A stretch of DNA of 63,999 nt, filler included, from an uncultured bacterium (GTDB lineage Bacteria > Latescibacterota > UBA2968): the NCBI GenBank assembly GCA_964471275.1. It is 7 parts of 7 records of this genome, joined end to end, with 100 filler letters (N's around TTAATTAATTAA, not from the genome) between each part and the next. Parts side by side here need not be neighbours in the genome. Positions count along the whole stretch, not along the records: positions 40,512 to 50,445 come from CAYYGZ010000177.1; positions 50,546 to 60,462 come from CAYYGZ010000178.1; 5 more parts are not named here. The stretch is one strand, 5' to 3'. Made by a program: the position numbers and the translations under genes. Positions 41,884 to 51,719 of the stretch are shown in pieces (the first letter of the stretch is position 1; each line of letters begins with the position of its first letter). The notes below the pieces were generated by a model. The model had not been told where the DNA came from. It was given only the letters and a program-made list of their open reading frames with translations, and did no database searches.

Positions 41884-43749
41884 ATGGCCGAAACACCGGT
41901 CGAAAACGCCGAGAGTGCTGAGGGACTTCAGGAAGTCGAAGCGATAGCCGTTCGATTCGCTGGAGACTCCGGGGACGGCAGTCAGCTGATCGGCGGTGAA
42001 TTCGCAAATACCTCTGCTATTCTCGGGAACGATATCTCCACCCTCCCTGACTATCCTGCCGAGATCCGCGCTCCTGCGGGCACCCTGCCCGGTGTCAGCG
42101 CGTTCCAGGTTCACATATCGAGTGAGGAGATCTTCACGCCAGGTGATCAACCTGACGTGCTCGTCGCAATGAACCCGGCAGCACTCAAGGCAAACCTCGG
42201 TGACGTCCCCCGGGGGGGCCTGATCATCGCGAACACGGACAATTTCACGAGGAACAACCTCCGCAAGGCGGGCTACGCCGAAAACCCGCTCGAAAATGGT
42301 TCGCTTGAAGCGTATCGTGTCTGTACGGTTCCCCTGACGACCCTCCACAAGGAGGCGTTAGCCCACCTCGACGAGTTGACGACACGCCAGGTAGACATGA
42401 TGAAGAACTTCTTCGGTCTCGGCCTGATCTACTGGATTTTCGATCGTCCGCTCGAACCCACGATCCGGATGTTGGAACAGAAATTCGCCTCTCGCCCGAT
42501 TGTGGTTGAAGGAAACGTGACGACGATGAAGGCCGGCTACAACTATGGCGAGAACACGGAACAGCTTCAGCACCGGTATCGTGTGACCAAGGCTCCCGTA
42601 GAACCGGGAACCTACCGCGCAGTGACGGGTGCGCAGGCGACAGCGCTCGGCTTCGTAACGGCGGCAGAAAAAGCCGGCCAGACGATGTTCTACGGCAGCT
42701 ACCCGATCACGCCTGCAAGCTCTCTGCTCGAGGAGCTCGCTGCACTCAAGAACTTCGACGTGCGGACTTTCCAGGCTGAGGATGAGATCGCGGCGATGGG
42801 TTCGACAATAGGTGCGGCCTTTGGAGGCGCCTTTGCGGCGACGGGAACGAGTGGCCCGGGTGTCGCGCTCAAGAGTGAAGCGATCGGACTTGCTCTCATC
42901 TGCGAGTTGCCGATCGTCATCGTCAATTTCCAGCGCGGGGGTCCCAGCACCGGGCTACCAACGAAAGCGGAACAATCGGACCTGCTGCAGTGCATGTATG
43001 GACGCAACGGTGAAAGCCCCTGTGCAATCATCGCAGCCGCGACACCGGCAGACTGCTTCGGGATGGCGATAGAAGCCTTCCGACTTGCCGTCGAAACAAT
43101 GTCACCGGTCTTCCTGATGTGCGACGGATACCTGTCCATCAGTTCCGAACCGTGGCGGATCCCCGACCCGGATGATCTCCCGACGATCGAGGTCACCCAT
43201 CACAAGGACCCGGAGACATTCAAGCCCTACAACAGGAATCCGGAGACACTCGCACGTCCCTGGGCCCTCCCTGGAACACCCGGACTCGAACACCGGATCG
43301 GCGGCTTGGAGAAACAGGACGGAAGTGGAAACGTCTCCTATATACCGGACGACCATCAGCATATGGTGGACACCCGGGCAGCCAAGATCGCCAGAATCGC
43401 CGACCGGATCCCTGAACAGGATGTCTTCGGACCAGATTGGGGCGATCTGCTGGTCGTTGGGTGGGGATCAACCTACGGTGCCATCCGCTCAGCCGTGCGA
43501 CGTGCCCAGGCAAAGGGCCAGAAGGTTGCGCACGCGCACATCAAGTATCTCAACCCGTTTCCAAGAAACCTGGGTGATTTGCTTCTGAAGTATGACAAGA
43601 TCTTGGTTCCGGAACTGAACATGGGGCAGCTCTCGAAGCTGTTCGATCAGCAATTCCCGCTGAAGGTCATCTCCTACCCCAAGGTTGTTGGCCAGCCGTT
43701 CAAAATCGCCGATATCACCAGCAAGATCGACGAAGTTCTCGAAAACTGA
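41884..43749 (+). CDS. korA: 2-oxoacid:ferredoxin oxidoreductase alpha subunit (gamma-alpha fusion type)
   Basis: RFAGDSGDG, YPAEIRAPAG, YPITPAS, QAEDEIAA, QRGGPSTGLPT, ELNMGQL. Confidence 0.95.
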   Translation: MAETPVENAESAEGLQEVEAIAVRFAGDSGDGSQLIGGEFANTSAILGNDISTLPDYPAEIRAPAGTLPGVSAFQVHISSEEIFTPGDQPDVLVAMNPAALKANLGDVPRGGLIIANTDNFTRNNLRKAGYAENPLENGSLEAYRVCTVPLTTLHKEALAHLDELTTRQVDMMKNFFGLGLIYWIFDRPLEPTIRMLEQKFASRPIVVEGNVTTMKAGYNYGENTEQLQHRYRVTKAPVEPGTYRAVTGAQATALGFVTAAEKAGQTMFYGSYPITPASSLLEELAALKNFDVRTFQAEDEIAAMGSTIGAAFGGAFAATGTSGPGVALKSEAIGLALICELPIVIVNFQRGGPSTGLPTKAEQSDLLQCMYGRNGESPCAIIAAATPADCFGMAIEAFRLAVETMSPVFLMCDGYLSISSEPWRIPDPDDLPTIEVTHHKDPETFKPYNRNPETLARPWALPGTPGLEHRIGGLEKQDGSGNVSYIPDDHQHMVDTRAAKIARIADRIPEQDVFGPDWGDLLVVGWGSTYGAIRSAVRRAQAKGQKVAHAHIKYLNPFPRNLGDLLLKYDKILVPELNMGQLSKLFDQQFPLKVISYPKVVGQPFKIADITSKIDEVLEN

Positions 43750-43784
43750 ATCGGGTTATCCGCCCGTCATTGGAGAAACACACA

Positions 43785-45314
43785 ATGGCCGATGCAACAG
43801 CAGCACTGAGCCGCAAGGATCTCGTTTCTGATCAGGAAGTACGCTGGTGCCCGGGGTGTGGTGATTATGCGATCCTGGCACAGATGCAGCGCGTGCTCCC
43901 CGAACTGGGGATCCCGAAGGAGAAGATGGTCTTTGTCTCGGGGATCGGATGCTCAAGCCGTTTTCCTTATTACATGAACACCTTCGGAATACACTCGATT
44001 CACGGACGTGCACCGACGCTCGCAACCGGACTGAAAGTCGCAAACCCTGATCTGCACGTCTGGGTGATCACGGGCGACGGCGATGGGCTCTCGATCGGCG
44101 GCAACCATCTCCTTCATCTGCTACGCAGAAACGTCAACCTGAACATCATCCTCTTCAACAACAGGATCTACGGGTTGACAAAGGGACAGTATTCGCCGAC
44201 ATCGCTCCCGGGCAGCAAGACGAAATCGTCGCCCATGGGCTCCATCGAGCAATCGTTCAATCCGACATCCGTGGCGATCGGTGCGGAAGCGACGTTTGTC
44301 GCAAGGACGGCCGCTCAGAACACCAAACACATGGCCCAAATCTTCAAACGGGCCGCCGAACACAAGGGCACGTCCTTCGTGGAGGTCTACCAGAATTGCA
44401 ACATCTTCAACAACGGAGCCTGGCTGCACGTCACCGACGCGGACAGGAAGGATGACAACTCCCTGATACTCGAGGATGGCGAGCCGATGATCTTCGGCAA
44501 GGATCGTGACAAGGGCATTCGACTGAACGGGCTGGTTCCCGAGGTGGTAACACTCGAAAACGGCGTCAGCGAATCCGAGGTGCTGGTTCACGACGAATCC
44601 TACGAGAGCCCTGCACTGGGATACCTGCTCAGCAGGTTGGAGTATCCCGAGTACCCCTTACCTTTCGGGATCTTCCGTCGGATCGCGCGTCCCACATACG
44701 AAGAGCAATTGATGGCGCAGGGCGCTCAGGCAAGAGAGGAGCAAGGTGCAGGCGACCTGGCAAAACTATATCACTCGGGAGACACATGGATCGTCCCGGA
44801 GGATTCAGGTTGGAAGCCGGAGGATCTTCGAGATCCGGGAGAGGTGGCCCCCTCGCTGCCGACGATCGGTCCAGACATCCATTCGGAAGAGGAAGAGAGA
44901 GACGATCTGCAGGATCTGATGGTCAAACCGATCTCACGACTCGACCTGCCGGATCCAGAAACGATCAGCGCGAACACGACGTTGGAGGTTGCCGTCGAAA
45001 AGATGCAGGAAAAGAACCTCGGCTGTCTCGTTGTAACTCACGAAGACGGTGGGCTCGCCGGCATCTTCGCACAGGGCGACATCTTCGCACAGGTCGCCGG
45101 CAAAGGCCTTGACCTTTCCACTACGACGGTCGGTTCGTTGATGACAACAGATCCGACAAGTCTGAAACGCTCCGCCCCGATCGGGCACGTACTCCATCTG
45201 ATGGCCCACCACGGTTTCAGACACATCCCGATCGTCGATGGCAAGGGGCGCCCCGTAAAGCTCGCATCCTTCAAGAGCTTGCTACAATCGGTCGGCGGGC
45301 TGCTCCACGGCTGA
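43785..45314 (+). CDS. korB: 2-oxoacid:ferredoxin oxidoreductase beta subunit fused to a C-terminal CBS pair
   Basis: WCPGCGD, SGIGCSSR, TPP motif GDGD...NN, YGLTKGQ. After GDTWIV there is an acidic linker and a CBS pair (~44919-45314: LAGIF, LMTTDP, GFRHIPIVD). Confidence 0.93.
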   Translation: MADATAALSRKDLVSDQEVRWCPGCGDYAILAQMQRVLPELGIPKEKMVFVSGIGCSSRFPYYMNTFGIHSIHGRAPTLATGLKVANPDLHVWVITGDGDGLSIGGNHLLHLLRRNVNLNIILFNNRIYGLTKGQYSPTSLPGSKTKSSPMGSIEQSFNPTSVAIGAEATFVARTAAQNTKHMAQIFKRAAEHKGTSFVEVYQNCNIFNNGAWLHVTDADRKDDNSLILEDGEPMIFGKDRDKGIRLNGLVPEVVTLENGVSESEVLVHDESYESPALGYLLSRLEYPEYPLPFGIFRRIARPTYEEQLMAQGAQAREEQGAGDLAKLYHSGDTWIVPEDSGWKPEDLRDPGEVAPSLPTIGPDIHSEEEERDDLQDLMVKPISRLDLPDPETISANTTLEVAVEKMQEKNLGCLVVTHEDGGLAGIFAQGDIFAQVAGKGLDLSTTTVGSLMTTDPTSLKRSAPIGHVLHLMAHHGFRHIPIVDGKGRPVKLASFKSLLQSVGGLLHG

Positions 45315-45337
45315 CCAAGAGAACAGCAGTCACGATG

Positions 45338-45382
45338 ACGCCCACGAGATGAATGCTGATAGTCTCGTGGGCGTTTCTTTTT
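45338..45382 (+). terminator. Intrinsic terminator of the CBS-korA-korB operon
   Basis: Perfect 12-bp stem ACGCCCACGAGA/TCTCGTGGGCGT + TTCTTTTT. Confidence 0.85.
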
Positions 45383-45413
45383 CGGATGCTTGATCCACAA
45401 CGACGAGATCAGA

Positions 45414-46391
45414 ATGGCCAACATACAGATAGGTATTGTCGGTTCGGGCAATATGTCATCGAGACGAGCCGGAAAGCTCTCCGAACAGGATGACGTGACG
45501 ATCAGGACGATCGCAGCCCGTAACCCGCAGACAGGCCCACAGCTGGCGGCACAGTTCGATGCAAGACACACGACCAACTGGCAGGATCTCCTGTCGGACA
45601 GCGAGATCGACGCCCTCTTCGTGGGAACACATAACGAGATTCACGGCGCAATCGTGATGGCAGCACTGGAAGCAGGCAAGCACGTCTTCACGGAATACCC
45701 GGTGTCCAGATATCCCGATGAAGCCCGACAGATCGAGAGGTTGATTGCCGGCCCGGCGTCGCCCGTCCTGAGGGTATCGAACAACGAATCCATTTCTGCC
45801 GAGCACGCCGCGCTGAAAACGCAGGTCGGTAAGATGGGTCATCTCCTTGCCACGCACTTCGTGCGACTCACTCCAGGACGGGGTCAACGTCCCGAAGTGC
45901 TCTTCAACCTGAAGCTCTCCGGCCCTCCGGCACTCTTCTTCGTCTACCACCTTCACACCTATGTGAGCCTGTTCGGCCCTGCATCCAGGGTCCACTGTTC
46001 GGCAGAATACGAGGGTCTGAACACCAACTCAGGCTACTATCGCTTCGCGAACTGCTTAACTGTCGGATTTGCTTCGGGAGGAACGGGGCAATGGACGTGG
46101 GCGGGCGGGATCGAGATCGAATCGGCGACCCAGGAGGCCTGCATCGTGATGAGTGAAGGGACGTTGATTGAGACAGACACGGCCTGGGATATCTCGCTCC
46201 GATCAGGGAGGACCGAGCTGAGCTTCGGCGAGAACGAGCGATCGCTCGAAGCGCGCTTCGTGGAGGATATTCAGAGCAGCACGGACTGGCGGAAGGATAC
46301 TTTGGTCGCCTTGGCCTCGGATGCGATCGGGCACGCAGCGGAGATCTCAGCCGCTGAGTCCAGGGCAGTGAACATCAGCGAGGTGACCTGA
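45414..46391 (+). CDS. Gfo/Idh/MocA family oxidoreductase
   Basis: IGIVGSG, LEAGKHVFTEYP. Confidence 0.8.
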   Translation: MANIQIGIVGSGNMSSRRAGKLSEQDDVTIRTIAARNPQTGPQLAAQFDARHTTNWQDLLSDSEIDALFVGTHNEIHGAIVMAALEAGKHVFTEYPVSRYPDEARQIERLIAGPASPVLRVSNNESISAEHAALKTQVGKMGHLLATHFVRLTPGRGQRPEVLFNLKLSGPPALFFVYHLHTYVSLFGPASRVHCSAEYEGLNTNSGYYRFANCLTVGFASGGTGQWTWAGGIEIESATQEACIVMSEGTLIETDTAWDISLRSGRTELSFGENERSLEARFVEDIQSSTDWRKDTLVALASDAIGHAAEISAAESRAVNISEVT

Positions 46392-46528
46392 TGGATGATC
46401 TATGCCTGGCGTTGAGAAGACTGCCAAGAGGCGGCTGAATATGGACCCGGGTGTCGCCTGAGGAAATGAGGCCTTCACAGCCTCACCCTCTGCGTCCTCT
46501 GCGGCAAAAGGTTCTGCCGCTTTGGATC

Positions 46529-47254
46529 TCACGCGTAGGCTTCCAAAAAAACATCAATTGCCGTCAGGTGTGCCCTCACCCGTTCCGCCATTGGCCTTTC
46601 ACTCGGTGATTCGGACGTGATCTGATGATCCGTCACCTGCTTGAACACCTCCACGGGTAGGCCTTCGCCACTCTTACGCTTCGGCACGCTCAAGTCTGGG
46701 TAGATAACGCCCCGATCTGCAATCTCTCCTTCGATTTGCCCATCCTTATTCACTGGGCAGAATCGGGCAACACGCGAGGTGATCGCGTGTCCCAGGGATG
46801 CACGATTCCGGTATTGCTCGTAGAGATAGTAGCCCGGACTTTCCCAATCCTCGTGAAGGTCGACGACGGCATCAAAGCGAGATCCTTTGATCAACTGTTT
46901 GACGATCCGGACCTCGGGAACATCATCCCTCTCGAATGCCCAGTTCGCATCAACCCCCTCCGCATTTTCTCTCCGGTTGTGCAAATACCCGTTCACGTTC
47001 AGACACGGCGTTACGAGGAGTTGCGCCGAAATGTGGTGTGTGTCGTACCAGGTTTCCAGAAACAGAAGTGCGGCTTCGACCCCTGCCGGCTCATCACCGT
47101 GGGTGCCCGCATTGATCCAGAAGCGAGGCTGATCTATTGTGGGATTGATCGTGGCCAGATAGACAGGGCAACCGGAGACATCCGCAAGAATACGGATATC
47201 AATACGTGGATCGAGTGATGTGACCCGATCGACAAGTGCCCTATAGTCGGGCAC
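46529..47254 (-). CDS. M14-family hydrolase (succinylglutamate desuccinylase/aspartoacylase-like)
   Basis: AGTHGDEPAG, RENAEGVDAN, DLHED, TSESP. Confidence 0.85.
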   Translation of the reverse strand: MPDYRALVDRVTSLDPRIDIRILADVSGCPVYLATINPTIDQPRFWINAGTHGDEPAGVEAALLFLETWYDTHHISAQLLVTPCLNVNGYLHNRRENAEGVDANWAFERDDVPEVRIVKQLIKGSRFDAVVDLHEDWESPGYYLYEQYRNRASLGHAITSRVARFCPVNKDGQIEGEIADRGVIYPDLSVPKRKSGEGLPVEVFKQVTDHQITSESPSERPMAERVRAHLTAIDVFLEAYA

Positions 47255-47427
47255 GCCTAGCCTGAGCTACTTACTGAGCATCGCGTGGGCAACGCGCCGG
47301 GAGAGCACGCCTGTCTGATGGGCGACAGAGCTGAGGGCTCAGCCATTCGCAGGAACAGGCATTTCGACTCGCGCCCGGTGTGACAGTGCGAGATGCTGAC
47401 ATTGTCCAGGTTCACGAATCTTCCACG

Positions 47428-49278
47428 CTAGATCTTCAAGCAAACGGTATCGAAACGGATCTGCGCCGCCACATCTCCTTCTACACGGACGGTCGACCGT
47501 TTTCTCCGCTCATCGAGTGTGACAGCTCCCTTGCCATTCGGTACCATCAACGTACAGAGTGTCATCTCGAAGACCTTGCCAGAGCTGACACGACGCAGAA
47601 TCGTGTCTCCCTCCGTCTGAGGGTGGGTCTGCGTTCCTTTGCCTTCTTTCAGCAGAGTCGTGGAACTCGAAGCATAGCTGACGTGGAGGCACTCGCGTCG
47701 CCCTTTGATGGTCGCGTCCTCCACCTTCAGGGCGGCTTGTGCAAAAGTGTGCAGTCGACTCTCGACAAGCGCCACGTGCGAAACTTCGACCCGGTCGACA
47801 ACGAGAATCGCTCTGTCCTTCAGCATCAGGATGAGACGACCACAGAAGTTTGCGACGGGGCCATCACGCATCGTCCCCATCGCAGAGGTGGCATCGATTC
47901 GGAACCCGCGAAACCCGCGTCCCGTAATCAAACGTGTCTCGACAGTCGCCCCATCCGCAACACCGACCCCGTTGATAAAAATCATATTCTTCGATGCCGC
48001 AGACGTTTCATATAGCTCGAAACGCCTCGGGCTGAACGTCGTGTCGACATAGTCCTGAACGGGAATGCTCTCGATCAGCTTCTCTTCACCGACCACGACG
48101 TGAAAACTCATCAGATCCCGGTGCACATGCGGGGCGTTCGTCGTCCCCCCACGGACCGCCACGTAGAGGCTCGGTTCGGGCATACGATCTGCACAGTATC
48201 CCCATTCGAGCCCCTTGATCAGATGGTGCCGACTGACAGATGCCTTCTTTACGCGCGGCATCTTCCTCGGGTGCAGCAGGGCGGTCTCCGCCTCATTCGG
48301 CCAGGTCCCGTCACCCGCACCCCATTTCACCAGCCGGCGATCCAGTTCCTCGACAAGATCTGATCGACCGAATCGCTCAGCGGCAGCCAGATGGAACGGG
48401 AGCGGTCGATAGCTATTCACGTCACCGAAGCTGCAGGGCTGTCCGTTTGGTGTAAAGGTCAATGGAAAGCTCAGCGTTGCCTCTGTCCCCTTCCGCTTCA
48501 GCAGGGGATGCCGCCGTCCCATCGCTCGCTCGTGACTCAGCAGATACATGAAACCATATCGCATACCGTAGTTCCAGTAACCGATCCCCTCTGGCCACCC
48601 ACCATCACCGTCGAGCGACTTGAAGAACGGCGCGACACCGCGTTCGACCAGCTCCACCACGCGGGCCGACTCTTTGGCTGCGTCGCCGATCGCGAGGGCC
48701 AACATGCCGGCGCCTCCGTTACAGACTGTGTTCCAGTTGCAGTTGGGACTTTGGAAATACCACGACTTCTCTCTGCCACCGTTCAGTTTGAGATACGGTA
48801 TAAGCGACCGCTCTCTTGCTGTGTTGACGAAAAGCCTCCGCTCATCCTCCGTCAGCTCGTCGTGTAGGCAGTCATACGCCAGCGCCAGCGTAGTTGAGTT
48901 CTCACCGTAAGACAGGTCAAAAATGGCTTCGGGTCGCGCATCGCCTTTCCGCCACGTGATCCACGACCAGAACTCCCAATTGGCAATTGTCCGGATATCT
49001 GCAAGAATCGTCTCACGATACGCACGTTTCCCTGTCAGTCGGTATCCAGCCAGGAGGGTAACAACACGTGTCTGCATCAGCCGGGCGCGGATCAGATGGT
49101 AGTTGTGGCCCGTTTCATTAACCTCTATCTCGCTATCTGCGGCAAACGCGCGAGCCATACGCCTGACCCTGCGGATCGACTGCTTGACCACGGTCGAGTC
49201 CGTGGGCTCGCCAAGACGGTCGTAGTGCTGATTGGAAAGGTAGAGTCGAGGATGAGGTTTTAGTTTTATGGTAGACAT
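47428..49278 (-). CDS. Heparinase II/III-like polysaccharide lyase family protein
   Basis: HPRLY, NWNTVCNGG, DGGWPEGIGYWNYG, FGD, HVHRD. Confidence 0.8.
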   Translation of the reverse strand: MSTIKLKPHPRLYLSNQHYDRLGEPTDSTVVKQSIRRVRRMARAFAADSEIEVNETGHNYHLIRARLMQTRVVTLLAGYRLTGKRAYRETILADIRTIANWEFWSWITWRKGDARPEAIFDLSYGENSTTLALAYDCLHDELTEDERRLFVNTARERSLIPYLKLNGGREKSWYFQSPNCNWNTVCNGGAGMLALAIGDAAKESARVVELVERGVAPFFKSLDGDGGWPEGIGYWNYGMRYGFMYLLSHERAMGRRHPLLKRKGTEATLSFPLTFTPNGQPCSFGDVNSYRPLPFHLAAAERFGRSDLVEELDRRLVKWGAGDGTWPNEAETALLHPRKMPRVKKASVSRHHLIKGLEWGYCADRMPEPSLYVAVRGGTTNAPHVHRDLMSFHVVVGEEKLIESIPVQDYVDTTFSPRRFELYETSAASKNMIFINGVGVADGATVETRLITGRGFRGFRIDATSAMGTMRDGPVANFCGRLILMLKDRAILVVDRVEVSHVALVESRLHTFAQAALKVEDATIKGRRECLHVSYASSSTTLLKEGKGTQTHPQTEGDTILRRVSSGKVFEMTLCTLMVPNGKGAVTLDERRKRSTVRVEGDVAAQIRFDTVCLKI

Positions 49279-50261
49279 CAGGCAAGCCGTTTCAGAGCAT
49301 CGATTACGTTATTGTGAATGGTCCCATTGCTGACAACTACGCCTTCATTACTGTGCAGACGTTCGGAGCTGGCGAAATCCAGAGGTTCTCCGTGCATGTC
49401 GGTAACGGTTCCACCGGCTTCCTCAACGACCAGAGCACCCGCAGCGTGATCCCAGATCTTCTCGGCATATCTGCCGGAACCGGGTGACGGCAATCGCAGG
49501 TATAGAACAGCATCTCCGCGGGCGACCGCCGCGTATTTCGCCTGACTATCCATCCGCAGCGACGGAGAATGGATGTCTACGGCCGTCGCGATCTTTGCCT
49601 GAAGCGTCTGGTTCCCGTGACCGGATTCGACACTCTCGACAAATCGATGACTCGCTTCATTTCCGGAAGTGTCGACGACTACGGACTCACCCGTATCGGC
49701 CTCGAGAGGCATCATTTCTGTCCCCTGACCTCGTACGGCGACCATGAGTGTCCCCAGACAAACCCCATCATTCACAGGGAGTGCGGGACAGGCCAGAACG
49801 GCGACCTTGAGATCACCTTCTTCAATCAGGGCAAGAGCCACTGCATATTGGTCATTCCTCAGAAAGCCCTTCGTCCCGTCTATTGGATCCAAGGTCCAAT
49901 ATCGGTCCGCGACCTGGCCGTTGCCGTGGTCGATCCAATCGCAGACCTCTTTGGACGTTCCTTCCAGACCTGCATCCCTGAGATAGCCCTGCACGGAGGC
50001 CAGCAAATCGGTGCCCTCGGCCTTTCGAAGATCTGTCGCATCCTCTTCGCCGACAATCGGGTCTCCGAACGTCTCGATAAGGTGGCGACAAATCAGGGCC
50101 TGCGACCCGAAATCTGCAACGGTCACCGGGCTCCGATCGGACTTCTCCAGCGTGCCCGGATCGACCATGTGTTTGCGAACTGACTGGCAGAGACGCGCTG
50201 CCAGCCGAGCGACCGTGATGGCCTCTGATCTTTCTCGTTCGTATCCCAATTCACCACCCAT
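49278..50261 (-). CDS. 3'(2'),5'-bisphosphate nucleotidase, HAL2/SAL1 type
   Basis: KSDRSPVTVADFGSQAL, LDPIDGTKGFLR, MDSQAKY, EKIWDHAAG. Confidence 0.92.
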   Translation of the reverse strand: MGGELGYERERSEAITVARLAARLCQSVRKHMVDPGTLEKSDRSPVTVADFGSQALICRHLIETFGDPIVGEEDATDLRKAEGTDLLASVQGYLRDAGLEGTSKEVCDWIDHGNGQVADRYWTLDPIDGTKGFLRNDQYAVALALIEEGDLKVAVLACPALPVNDGVCLGTLMVAVRGQGTEMMPLEADTGESVVVDTSGNEASHRFVESVESGHGNQTLQAKIATAVDIHSPSLRMDSQAKYAAVARGDAVLYLRLPSPGSGRYAEKIWDHAAGALVVEEAGGTVTDMHGEPLDFASSERLHSNEGVVVSNGTIHNNVIDALKRLA

Positions 50262-50262
50262 T

Positions 50263-50445
50263 TCTACTTGTCATTGCTTCGATCCAGCCAGCCCGGAAGC
50301 TCCAGACTTGCCGACTTCCGCCAGGCCGTAAGATATATCGAGGCCGTAAACCTGGCCGATTCCCGCGCACGCGACAGGGCAAACGCAGCGACTTCCTCAT
50401 CTCTCACCCAATCCTTCTGCCCAAACGAAGGCATTCTGGGTCCCA
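50263..50445 (-). CDS. 3' fragment of a hypothetical protein
   Basis: Open frame ...AFALSRARESARFTASIYLTAWRKSASLELPGWLDRSNDK* abutting the nucleotidase start. Confidence 0.45.
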
Positions 50446-50545
50446 NNNNNNNNNNNNNNNNNNNNNNNNNNNNNNNNNNNNNNNNNNNNTTAATTAATTA
50501 ANNNNNNNNNNNNNNNNNNNNNNNNNNNNNNNNNNNNNNNNNNNN
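50446..50545. other. Artificial contig spacer
   Basis: N-run + TTAATTAATTAA + N-run. Confidence 0.99.
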
Positions 50546-51545
50546 GGACTGTGAGGCATTCTTGGCGAAGATAGCGTGGACATTTCCGTTTGCAGATGCC
50601 GTGATTAGACCGGGCGAACTCCACGGCGACCTGGACGTCAACCGGGCGGGGGCCGGCCACGTGATCCAGGTGGGCGATACCTACCGAGTGTACTATTGGG
50701 GAACGGGATCGGACGGGTATCACCACATCTGTCTGGCGGAGACCCCGGTTGATGATCCGAACGGGTGGAAGGCGTGCGGGAGTGTTCTGGATCGACAGCC
50801 GGGGACAGCTTACAACGACCAGGGCCCGGGATTCCCTTTTGTGGTACCGCAGGAGAACGGTCCCTGGCTGATGTATGTCTGCGGGTGGGGAATTCCTCGC
50901 GCAGACGGGAAGTTGCCAAACACGACAGGTGTGGCGTTCAGTGACGACGGTGGACAGAGCTTCTCCTATCGCCACGAAGGGCCGATTCTGAAGACGGATC
51001 GGCCCTGGGACGAAGAGGGAACAGGCAGCGTGTTCGTCCGTCGCGCGGGAAGACAGTTTCACATGTACTACACGTCGATCGGTCGGTATTTCGATAGACC
51101 CGAGGGCGTGGAAACAGGCCACGGTGACGTGATACCGAGGATCGGTGTGGGGTTCGCGGTTTCGGACGATGGTGTGGATTGGGTAAAGCCGCAGGATGAT
51201 CTGATGGTATCTCCCAGGGGCTTCGATACCGAGCCTTACGAATACATCAGCTCAAAGCCCTTCCTGCTTGAAGAGGCAGATGGGTGGCGGATGTGGCTAC
51301 ACACCTTCGGGTCGGCCTATCGTGTCAGAAGTCTGTTTGGACAGGATGGTTTGAATTGGGAATGGCAGGAGAGTGGGGTCGACGGCGAATTCGGCGTCGG
51401 TGAGACGGGATGTTTCGACGACCGTCAGAGATGCTACGTTTCCGTGATCAAGTCTGGTGACACATACCGGTGCTGGTTCACGGGGAACGGGTTCGGTGAG
51501 ACAGGGTTGGGCTATGCAGAAGGGACTGTGGCTGACGACCGATGA
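50546..51545 (+). CDS. Five-bladed beta-propeller glycoside-hydrolase-like protein (possibly 5'-truncated)
   Basis: SDDGGQSF, SDDGVDW, QDGLNW, WFTGNGFG.TGLGYA. Confidence 0.75.
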
Positions 51546-51719
51546 CCGGCATGAGGGTCTGCCTCAGAGCGGGAGAATCTTCACCGCAGAGCAGAGAATA
51601 GCCACCAAGGGCACCAAGAGGGGGACGGTGTCGGATCCGGGCGAAGTTCATCCCGCCGAATGGCAGGTCTCCGCACTTACCTGCTTTCGCCCTGGCTCTC
51701 ATCCGTATGGCAATCAGAC

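Noticed and set aside
46488..46505. CTCTGCGTCCTCTGCGGC, and the similar short tandem motifs near 51583-51620
   Set aside because: Two-unit degenerate intergenic repeats; too short to call a CRISPR or mobile element.
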